The notes under the pieces are model-generated. The model saw nothing but the letters and a program-made list of their open reading frames with translations, was not told where the DNA came from and did not search any database. DNA of 54,135 nt from an uncultured Eubacteriales bacterium (GTDB lineage Bacteria > Bacillota > Clostridia > TANB77 > CAG-508): contig CASEIX010000038.1 of assembly GCA_949288095.1 (NCBI GenBank), positions 1-54,135 on the forward strand. Direction: 5' to 3'. Both the position numbers and the translations under genes were made by a program. Positions 9,550 through 17,009 of the stretch are shown here, in pieces. Each line of letters starts with the position of its first letter. Position 1 is the first letter of the stretch.

Positions 9550-10091
9550 TAAAACACCTCGTCTTGTATTATTTCAAAAATTTTATCTCCATTTACAAAA
9601 TATTGTAAATATTCTTCTATCTTTTGTGTATCTAATGAATTTGCTAGTTTTCTGTAATTAGATATAATTTCTTTATATAAATCATATCCAATTTGATTTT
9701 TGTTTCTAGCTAAATCAATTAGCATTCTTTCTTTGTCATATATATTTATTTTAATTCCTTCATAATTAATTTCGGTTTTTCCTAAATTATATAATTCTTC
9801 TTTCATACGAATTTGTTTTATTTTATTAGAAGATATCATTCTGTTATTTCTATCTGTTGCTAAATATATTTTATCTGGAATAACATCTGTTAAATTAAGA
9901 TAATAATAAGCTGAATAAGAAGTAAATGCTCCATATGGATATTTCTTCATAACAATATCTAAATAATGTACACTAGGCACATCAGAGTATATTCCTTTTT
10001 CAATTTTATATATTTCTTTATTTTCTAAGGCTTTTCTAATTTGATAAGTACTTTTATACTTACTTTTTATTTCACTATGATTATATAACAT
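9549..10091 (-). CDS. abiEi: AbiEi-family antitoxin / transcriptional regulator
   Basis: wHTH with IYKIEKGIY, LTDVIP, IYDKERMLID; TAATG overlap with abiEii. Confidence 0.85.
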   Translation of the reverse strand: MLYNHSEIKSKYKSTYQIRKALENKEIYKIEKGIYSDVPSVHYLDIVMKKYPYGAFTSYSAYYYLNLTDVIPDKIYLATDRNNRMISSNKIKQIRMKEELYNLGKTEINYEGIKINIYDKERMLIDLARNKNQIGYDLYKEIISNYRKLANSLDTQKIEEYLQYFVNGDKIFEIIQDEVF

Positions 10092-10111
10092 ACTTTTTTA
10101 CCTCCAAAAAC

Positions 10112-10164
10112 ATTTTAACCTAATTCGCTCCATAAGTCAATAGTTAGGGAGTGAATTAGGTTAA
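10112..10164 (-). promoter_or_regulatory. abiE promoter with overlapping 17-bp inverted-repeat operator
   Basis: TTGACT(10140-10135)-17-TAAAAT(10117-10112); TTAACCTAATTCGCTCC / GGAGTGAATTAGGTTAA match at 16/17, like AbiEi autorepression operators. Confidence 0.8.
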
Positions 10165-10236
10165 TTTTTTTATTTTAATTATGACACTGAATAGATTGTA
10201 CAAATTCAGTGCCATAGTTAAATTTTTATTATATTT

Positions 10237-11166
10237 TTAATCTATATTTGGTATTTTTACAGAAATTCCATCATCAGTATGTATTACATTACGAGATATA
10301 GTTTTTCCTCTACTTTTATATACATTAGCTTTATTCTTACATTGTGGTGTATCATATTCAGCTTTTGGATTATTCGCGATAAATGCTTTTTCGCAGAAAT
10401 TACATATTTTTAATAATCTAACATCTTGAGCCATTTGCATAGAATAAGATATATCAATAGCTTGTTTTAAATAATTAATTGTAAATCCAAAGCTATTGTT
10501 ATAATATAAATCTTCTATCTTGTGTTCTAAATGATTTACACTTAAAAATGGTAATTTCATTGTTAAATGTTTATTATCTAATGCCCAATAAAAATGCTTA
10601 TACAATGACCTTGCATAATTTAAAACCAATTCAAGTGGTTCTGCATAATGTTCTGAATATATTAAGTATTCATTTATAAAAGATGTTAAATAATCTTCTT
10701 TTCTATTATTGCTAGCTACATCTTTACATTTTTTTATTAAACTATTTATTTCTCTCTTATTTAATTTTGGTAAAAAGAACTTTAAATATTCCTCTGTATT
10801 TATAAAATCTAAATTTTCCTTTCTATTTATATAAAAAGGATCTCGTACAGCTACTTTTTCATCTAATACAAAGTACTTATTTATAGCTAGGTCAATCATA
10901 AATCCAAAAGAGCCATATTTAGCATAGTAATTTAATAATTCAAAATCTTCTATTGGTTCTTTAAAAAATTGTTTTTTTCCTATATTTAATGTTTCAATTA
11001 ATAAATCATCAATATGTTCTGTTATGCTAATAGCTTTCTTAGTTGCTTTTTCTTCTGGCATAGCATATCTTTTTCCATTAATTTCTTCAATTTTATATTT
11101 ACTATAAACATAGCAAAATGGTGATGATTCAAGTCTTAAATTTGTTTTCATTTTATTCACTCCCAA
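10237..11166 (-). CDS. CGNR-like zinc-finger protein (probable regulator)
   Basis: C-terminal LKICNFCEKAFI...YDTPQCKNKANVYKSR resembles zf-CGNR; divergent from xis-int. Confidence 0.6.
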   Translation of the reverse strand: MGVNKMKTNLRLESSPFCYVYSKYKIEEINGKRYAMPEEKATKKAISITEHIDDLLIETLNIGKKQFFKEPIEDFELLNYYAKYGSFGFMIDLAINKYFVLDEKVAVRDPFYINRKENLDFINTEEYLKFFLPKLNKREINSLIKKCKDVASNNRKEDYLTSFINEYLIYSEHYAEPLELVLNYARSLYKHFYWALDNKHLTMKLPFLSVNHLEHKIEDLYYNNSFGFTINYLKQAIDISYSMQMAQDVRLLKICNFCEKAFIANNPKAEYDTPQCKNKANVYKSRGKTISRNVIHTDDGISVKIPNID

Positions 11167-11194
11167 ATTTTTTCAAGAATTTTCTTGTAAGCTA

Positions 11195-11224
11195 TTGACA
11201 AATATAATCAATTGCTGGTAGAAT
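11195..11224 (+). promoter_or_regulatory. sigmaA promoter toward the structured RNA and xis
   Basis: TTGACA-18-TAGAAT with extended TG. Confidence 0.7.
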
Positions 11225-11397
11225 ATTGCTACACAGTAATCGGTTGTGTTGTAAAATCGCTTACCGTTGTGTAGTAATCTTTAGTAGGCTATTGATAGGC
11301 TTCAAGTACTGAATTATACTGATGTAGAGCCATTGATTGTAAGTTATAACAACTTACTTTTTTAACACCTAATCAGTAAGCGATTATCTATAATAAT

Positions 11398-11426
11398 AGT
11401 ATACAACGATTACTAAAAACTGTCAA
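11398..11426 (-). promoter_or_regulatory. sigmaA promoter toward the CGNR-like gene, convergent with the 11195 promoter
   Basis: TTGACA-17-TATACT on the minus strand. Confidence 0.7.
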
Positions 11427-11489
11427 GAGAATTAAATAGAATTCTCAAAAGCACATTGAAAACTGAATACCAAATAGCTAGATACAAAT

Positions 11490-11641
11490 AATGATACACT
11501 TGCATAGCCACAGCTCGAGCGTGAAAAAACCGTCGCAAGCAATGGGTGCAACTCGGACGGAGTCGGAGTGGTGAAATTCCAGTGGAGTATGAAAATACCA
11601 TTTAGCATTGCCCAGAATAGAGGGACAGGAAGAATATCATT
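11490..11641 (+). ncRNA. Candidate structured cis-acting RNA upstream of xis
   Basis: GC-rich island closed by AATGATA/TATCATT; internal TTGCA..CCA/TGG.TGCAA, GAAA-capped hairpins, GCAATG/CATTGC pairing. Confidence 0.6.
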
Positions 11642-11672
11642 CAAAATTTTCACGAAAGGAGGAGTATGTTAT

Positions 11673-11867
11673 ATGGGAGATACAGTTAAAGAACTTCCTA
11701 GATTTTTCTCAACAGAAGATGTTAGAAAAATTTTAAAAATAGGAAATAAAGCCTGTTTAGAATTATTTCATAGAGAAGATTTTCCCTGTGAGAGATTTGG
11801 AAGAGGTTATAGAATTGCAGAAGAAAGTTTTAATGAATATTTTAAAACAAGACGAGTTTACAAATAA
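11673..11867 (+). CDS. xis: Excisionase (HTH_17-like)
   Basis: FFSTEDVRKILKIG..ACLELFHREDFPCERFGRGYRI pattern; AAGGAGGAG RBS before ATG 11673; upstream of integrase. Confidence 0.85.
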   Translation: MGDTVKELPRFFSTEDVRKILKIGNKACLELFHREDFPCERFGRGYRIAEESFNEYFKTRRVYK

Positions 11868-11903
11868 AAAAAGAAGATTTAAATATGCGACATTTAAACC
11901 TTC
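11866..11903 (-). terminator. Hairpin with a U-tract on the minus strand
   Basis: GAAGATTTAAAT/ATTTAAACCTTC (11/12) preceded by A7 on +. Confidence 0.6.
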
Positions 11904-11937
11904 AAATACAATTTTATGTATTTAAAAAACTGAAAGA

Positions 11938-12006
11938 AAAACTATTGCTATAGAATTCCTTAACTGATATAATTATACCATAAAATCCAATTATAGCAAT
12001 AGTTTT
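11938..12006. promoter_or_regulatory. Overlapping sense/antisense promoters within a 15-bp inverted repeat upstream of int
   Basis: AAAACTATTGCTATA/TATAGCAATAGTTTT; + strand TTGCTA-17-TATAAT, - strand TTGCTA-16-TATAAT, both with extended TG. Confidence 0.65.
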
Positions 12007-12039
12007 CCTTAAAATATTACAAAAAGGAGATAACGAATT

Positions 12040-13407
12040 ATGAAATTAAAAGGAATAACTGTTGGCACATATATTTCAAAAAGACCAAAAGGAAAATTTG
12101 ATGAATCAATATGTGCAAGTTGTGAAAATAACAAAAATAAGAACATTGACAAAGAAAAACAATATGAATTATGCAAAGGATGCGATAAGTTTTATGTATC
12201 AAAAACTTGTAAAGCTGTATTAACAACTGGACGAGATCAAACAACAGGTCAAACTCAAAGAAAGTCATTTGTTGCTGATACCGAACAAGAAGCATTAGAT
12301 AAAGCTTTAGATTATAGAATAAATCTAAACAAAAACGGTGGTCCGAGAATTATAACAAAAACAAATAAAACTTTAATAGATTTAGTAAGACCAATGATAG
12401 AAGAACAATTTAAACTAAATAGAATTAAAGAATCCACTTATAAAAGAAAATTAGACACATTAAAACAAATTGGAAACGCATCATTTGCAAGAAAGCCAAT
12501 TGCAAAAGTAACAAGAGATGAAGTAGTTAATTATCTTGCTAAACTAAAGACTTATTCAAAAACAACAATAAAGCAAAATTATGAACTACTATGTATGGGA
12601 TTTGGAGAAGCTTACCATCAGCAAATAATAAATGATAACTTTTTAGATGGTTATAAAAGAATTGAAAAGCCAAAAAGTGAATACAACGGACATCACAGAA
12701 TAGCACTTACAATAAATGAACAAAGAAAGCTAATTCAATTTTTAAATGATGTAGATTATTCAAATTTCAAACACAAATATCTATTTTTGTTATTGCTTAG
12801 TACAGGAATGAGAATAGGTGAAGCTTTAGTGTTAGATTATACTAAAGACATTGATTTAGAAAAAGGAATTGTAATAATTAGAAGAACACAAACTAAAGAT
12901 ACAAAAGGAAAATCTCGAATAGGAGAAACAACAAAAACTTTTTCTGGTCAAAGAACTATTGATTTAAATGATATTAGTAGAAAAGCACTTGAAGATGCTA
13001 TGAACCATATCATTCCAAATAAGTTCCATTTACTATTCTATAATCCAACAAATAAACAATATGGATTATATGAAGAAGCTAGTATTAATTCTGCATTAAA
13101 ACGAGCAGGATTAAAATTAGGAATTGGACTTTATGAAGAAATTAATTCTAAAGGCAAAAAGGTAACAAGAACAGATATACACACTCATATGCTTAGAGGA
13201 ACTTTTGCAACAAGATGTGCAGAAGCAAAAATTGCTCCAGTAGTATTAAAAGAAATATTAGGTCATTCTGATATATCTATTACAATGAAATACTACATTG
13301 ATATAGATACTGATTTTATTAAAGCTGAAAATAAAAGTGTAGTTAATTATTTAATAAATAAAAATATTTTTGGAGTAATACAAGATAAAGACAATCTGGC
13401 TAGTTAA
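12040..13407 (+). CDS. int: Tyrosine recombinase / integrase with Cys-rich N-terminal insert
   Basis: TGMRIGE, HMLR, LGHSDISITMKYY catalytic motifs; CASC and CKGC in the N-terminus. Confidence 0.95.
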   Translation: MKLKGITVGTYISKRPKGKFDESICASCENNKNKNIDKEKQYELCKGCDKFYVSKTCKAVLTTGRDQTTGQTQRKSFVADTEQEALDKALDYRINLNKNGGPRIITKTNKTLIDLVRPMIEEQFKLNRIKESTYKRKLDTLKQIGNASFARKPIAKVTRDEVVNYLAKLKTYSKTTIKQNYELLCMGFGEAYHQQIINDNFLDGYKRIEKPKSEYNGHHRIALTINEQRKLIQFLNDVDYSNFKHKYLFLLLLSTGMRIGEALVLDYTKDIDLEKGIVIIRRTQTKDTKGKSRIGETTKTFSGQRTIDLNDISRKALEDAMNHIIPNKFHLLFYNPTNKQYGLYEEASINSALKRAGLKLGIGLYEEINSKGKKVTRTDIHTHMLRGTFATRCAEAKIAPVVLKEILGHSDISITMKYYIDIDTDFIKAENKSVVNYLINKNIFGVIQDKDNLAS

Positions 13408-13441
13408 AATTATACAAAACTAATAAAAAACATTGGAACTA

Positions 13442-13495
13442 TGCGGAATTTTAAAGCATTTATTACTTTAAATGTTCCGCAAAAGTGTTCCGTAA
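13442..13495. repeat. Integrase arm-type sites, right end
   Basis: Inverted TGCGGAA 13442, TGTTCCGCAA 13473, TGTTCCGTAA 13486. Confidence 0.7.
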
Positions 13496-13557
13496 AATAT
13501 TATACAAACGCTGAAAAGCTTAAAATATCAAAGGAAATAGTACAAAGTGTCGAGTAC

Positions 13558-13569
13558 TCACCTCGACCA
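13558..13569 (+). repeat. attR core (displaced tRNA-Pro 3' end)
   Basis: TCACCTCGACCA followed by the hairpin AAGAGACTT..AAGTCTCTT. Confidence 0.88.
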
Positions 13570-13596
13570 GAAAAAAAGAGACTTTTTACAAGTCTC

Positions 13597-13821
13597 TTAA
13601 TTTGTTTTTAGATAATGAAAATAAATTTGATTAAGTATAGCAATTGTATCATCATCTAAATATTGTTCATCACCAGGAATATATGAATAACTATATGTAT
13701 TACTTTTTCTTCTTTCTATTTCGTTCCAAACTGTTAAGGGTATTTTTTCTCTATCCTTTTTATCCAGACATTTTAAAATGGAATAAACTTCTGTAAGTCT
13801 AGCGGAAATATCATTTATCAT
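13597..13821 (-). CDS. Short 'TEV..KIP' family protein (partner of the ART gene)
   Basis: MINDISARLTEVYSILK..EKIP..EQ..AI aligns with 5916-6383; starts 6 nt after the ART stop. Confidence 0.75.
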   Translation of the reverse strand: MINDISARLTEVYSILKCLDKKDREKIPLTVWNEIERRKSNTYSYSYIPGDEQYLDDDTIAILNQIYFHYLKTN

Positions 13822-13827
13822 TTACTA

Positions 13828-14946
13828 TCACCTATCCCTTTCATTTCTTCTGAAAATACTGCGGATAAAGTCACCAGCTTGTTGTATTTTGTTTCTAAAA
13901 CTTCCTATGTCTTTTTGTCCTCTTGCAATTCCCCAGGTTAGAAAATTAGTAGATTTTAGTTGAGGATACTCGATTGCATATTGAATTTCTCTAAATTTAA
14001 GTTGCAGATATTCTTTAAAGTCATCTTGCCATTTAAAAAATTCTTGTTTTAACATCATAGATTTTTCATCATTGCCAAGAGCATGTGGATTATACTTAAT
14101 TGTCTGACGCCAATGGTTATAATAATTAAATGGTATATCTGATTTTATAATAGACTGCTTTAGTATTTGCATTTTTTCTTTTTCTTTATCAGATAATTTA
14201 CTGCATTTGCTTTGAGAAATATGTACATCATATTCTGTATAGGAATCATATATTGTAGATTTATTATCATAATGAATAGTTAAAAATGGTGGTAATAAAA
14301 CTTCTTTTTCGCCATCTTCACCTCTAAGGGCAGACAAATCTATACAAGGCGTACCTTTTTCTAAAACGCCTTTCATAAAAAGTATATCTTCTTTTCCTTC
14401 AGTAAAATCAAACTTATATTCCCCTTGAGAAAATGACAATAAACTTTCTGTTCTACCAGATTTTTTCATTTCATCAGAAAACATGTCAGAATCTACTCTA
14501 TTAATATGTAATTCTTTATTATTTCGTTTAGCAAATTTACACATTGCAGAATACATTCTACAATAAAGTTCTATTAATTCTTCTGGTTCTGATAAAATAG
14601 ATAAATTGGTTCCTCCATATCTAGGATTATTATATTGAAACAAATCAATTCTATGTAATAATGTTGTTGGGATAAAATATTCGGATCCAGTATATTTTTC
14701 TAATTCTGACCATTCTTCGTCTGTAATACCATATTTTGCTAAGTTCTTTTTTAAGAATTTTTCTTTTTCTTTCATTTCTTTGGTATTAGCTTTTTCGTCA
14801 TATTCAGGATGTATAATTGATGGTGTAGGTGGAATTGAACAAGTAAACGATTCAGTTTCTGTTTGAAAATCTTCTCCTTGTGAATTTATACCATCTGATG
14901 TAGAGTTATCTTGAATATCAATTGGTTTATCTAAGGTTTCGTTCAT
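13828..14946 (-). CDS. Putative mono-ADP-ribosyltransferase (R-S-E class, VIP2/C2-like fold)
   Basis: ITDEEWSELEKYTGSEY (YT..Y helix), HINR, LLSFS, LEKGTPCIDL, GEKEVLLP in canonical order; GGAGG RBS; TTGACA-17-TATGAT promoter at 15030-15002. Confidence 0.72.
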   Translation of the reverse strand: MNETLDKPIDIQDNSTSDGINSQGEDFQTETESFTCSIPPTPSIIHPEYDEKANTKEMKEKEKFLKKNLAKYGITDEEWSELEKYTGSEYFIPTTLLHRIDLFQYNNPRYGGTNLSILSEPEELIELYCRMYSAMCKFAKRNNKELHINRVDSDMFSDEMKKSGRTESLLSFSQGEYKFDFTEGKEDILFMKGVLEKGTPCIDLSALRGEDGEKEVLLPPFLTIHYDNKSTIYDSYTEYDVHISQSKCSKLSDKEKEKMQILKQSIIKSDIPFNYYNHWRQTIKYNPHALGNDEKSMMLKQEFFKWQDDFKEYLQLKFREIQYAIEYPQLKSTNFLTWGIARGQKDIGSFRNKIQQAGDFIRSIFRRNERDR

Positions 14947-15052
14947 AAAGCTACCTCCCCCTTTTTAAATGGTTTATTTTGTCAACAATAATACCTATTT
15001 TATCATACTCTGTTTTATGTAAAATGTCAATTTTTAGGGGAGCGATAAGTAG

Positions 15053-15451
15053 CTAATTATTAGTGTTTTCCTTATTATCTAACAAATAAATAGCAATACA
15101 AGTAATTCCAATTCCTAGCATAATGATAGACGATTTTATATCTATTTGATTTAATATATTTAATACCACAACAGCAATTCCCATTGCTAAAGCAACAGCT
15201 TTAAATATTAGATTCATTAAATCTTTTATTTTTGTATTGGAATTTTCTTTCTTTTTAGCTTTCAATAATTCTTCAACAGATACATCTAATATATCTGCTA
15301 ATTTTGAAATAGTATTAATATCTGGACAAGATAAATCTCGCTCCCACTTTGAAACTGCTTTATCTGTAACATTCATTTTTTCAGCTAATTCATTTTGTGT
15401 CATACCTTTTTGCTTTCTTAAAGAAGCAATGGTTTCTCCTATACTTTTCAT
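15053..15451 (-). CDS. XRE-family HTH regulator with two C-terminal TM helices
   Basis: LRKQKGMTQNELAEKMNVTDKAVSKWER plus hydrophobic C-terminus. Confidence 0.9.
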   Translation of the reverse strand: MKSIGETIASLRKQKGMTQNELAEKMNVTDKAVSKWERDLSCPDINTISKLADILDVSVEELLKAKKKENSNTKIKDLMNLIFKAVALAMGIAVVVLNILNQIDIKSSIIMLGIGITCIAIYLLDNKENTNN

Positions 15452-15677
15452 AATTTATCACATTCCTTTCCAATAAATAAGCTAGGTTGAAAAATCATAA
15501 AAACGATAATAAAGTTTCAACCTAATAATATCTTTATTTTCGTATAATTCAATGTTACTATGTCTCATAAAAAAAGTAAACCGATAATCAGTTTAGTTTT
15601 CTCGACTATTAGTTTACTTATAGTAGAATTGTAAATCATCTATTCAAAAGATAATTTGCATTATAAAATTTACGATA

Positions 15678-15950
15678 TTATTTTTCCATGATACTTTTAG
15701 ACAATTTTTTTATTCGTATTATAGAAACAATAAGAATGATAATATCTATCAGTAAAGGAATTGCAAAAACATATAGGTAAAAGTATAGACTTACCCAAAC
15801 ATGTTGAAACCAGTAAAATATGGTAACACCAAAAATATCATTATAATAATTACCAGCCAAAAAACCGTTTATTATGATATATCCTGCAAATATCATGAAA
15901 CATACTAATAGAGCTAAAGTAATATTTCTAATAATTTTCCATTTCTTCAT
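15678..15950 (-). CDS. Small two-TM membrane protein
   Basis: Two hydrophobic helices; AAGGGG RBS. Confidence 0.65.
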   Translation of the reverse strand: MKKWKIIRNITLALLVCFMIFAGYIIINGFLAGNYYNDIFGVTIFYWFQHVWVSLYFYLYVFAIPLLIDIIILIVSIIRIKKLSKSIMEK

Positions 15951-16015
15951 AATAATAAATCCCCTTACAACTTAACATATATTTATTAGAATTATATCAT
16001 TAAGGAAAAAAGGAT

Positions 16016-16780
16016 TCAATATTCTTCAATATAAATTGCCTTTGCAAGATAAGGAGTAATTTCATTCATATCATACCAACCAGAGCTTTTACTATCATTC
16101 TCTAAACCATTAGGATTAGAAACATAAACCATTCCATTTCCATCAGTAGCAAGAAGAGCCATATAATGAGAAGCAGTTGTCCATCGGTTATTATGTGGTT
16201 GGTTCCAAACACAAACAATAATTGGTCTATTGGTAAGTAGATGCTCTTCAATAGCTGTATTAGATAAATGGTTAGAATCATAGTAAAAGCCAGAATTTTG
16301 AATCCCAAAGGTAGAAGCCAATTCACTTGGAAATTGTTCATAATCCATAACAGGATAATATTTTTGTCGTAAATCTTCAGGAGTGTAATTTTTATTATAA
16401 CCACTTAAAATAATAGACATAACGGTTATGCCACAACCATTTTCAGCCATAGTATCTCCCCAGTAGGTGTTATTACTCCAAGAAGCATCTCCATTTTGTT
16501 TATATTCCAGATATGTTTTTTGATGTTTTTCTTCTGTTGTAAAAGTGGTAAAATAGCCATCTCTATGATTTACTTTTTCTTGACCAATTCCAGCATAATG
16601 ACGATTGATATCTTGTTTAATAACATCATATTCAGAATCATTTTTTAAAGAAGAAATAAAATTGGTACTTTCAACAGAAATATCTTGAGAATTTATATAT
16701 AAATAAAAAATGATACATAATAGGAGTAAAGACAGGAATAATCTTTTCTTATTTAGTTTTTTGTGTGTTCTTTTTTTCAT
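16016..16780 (-). CDS. C39-like (papain-fold) peptidase, membrane anchored
   Basis: YKQN..W, NGCG (catalytic Cys), HYMAL, VSNPN. Confidence 0.8.
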   Translation of the reverse strand: MKKRTHKKLNKKRLFLSLLLLCIIFYLYINSQDISVESTNFISSLKNDSEYDVIKQDINRHYAGIGQEKVNHRDGYFTTFTTEEKHQKTYLEYKQNGDASWSNNTYWGDTMAENGCGITVMSIILSGYNKNYTPEDLRQKYYPVMDYEQFPSELASTFGIQNSGFYYDSNHLSNTAIEEHLLTNRPIIVCVWNQPHNNRWTTASHYMALLATDGNGMVYVSNPNGLENDSKSSGWYDMNEITPYLAKAIYIEEY

Positions 16781-16850
16781 TTTAAATCCTTCTTTCTATA
16801 AAAATGTTTTGTTTTCATATAAATTTTATAAGATAAATACAAGAAGAGCT

Positions 16851-16889
16851 TTAAGAAAGGATTAACAAATTCTTAACATTTTCTTACAT
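16851..16889. promoter_or_regulatory. OmpR/VanR-type direct-repeat array
   Basis: TTAAGA, TTAACA, TTAACA, TTACAT at 16851, 16862, 16873, 16884 (11-bp period). Confidence 0.6.
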
Positions 16890-17009
16890 TTCTGAAAAAA
16901 GAATAAAAATAGGGAATTTATATGGTATAATGCGATAAAGAGAAAAAACAGAAGTTGACCCAATTATAATTTTTTATATAATTTGAACCTTGAGAAAGGA
17001 ATTGTAAAA

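Larger units (their letters stand above)
2184..13569. mobile_element. Integrative mobilizable element (RepA_N, TnpV, MobC, MOBP relaxase, Xis, tyrosine integrase; no T4SS)
   Basis: 12-bp direct repeat TCACCTCGACCA at 2184-2195 (tRNA 3' end) and 13558-13569; integrase beside the right end; shared TGTTCCGCAA repeats near both ends. Confidence 0.92.

Noticed and set aside
11490-11641. Complete group II intron or known riboswitch
   Set aside because: No domain V/VI or reverse transcriptase in the window, and no riboswitch consensus I can match; kept only as an unassigned RNA candidate
11413-11653. Two short antisense ORFs and the extended 11568 start of xis
   Set aside because: No recognisable motifs; better explained as by-products of the GC-rich structured segment; xis has a strong RBS before 11673
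2184-13569. Prophage or self-conjugative ICE
   Set aside because: No structural phage genes, and no VirB4, coupling protein or mating-pair genes
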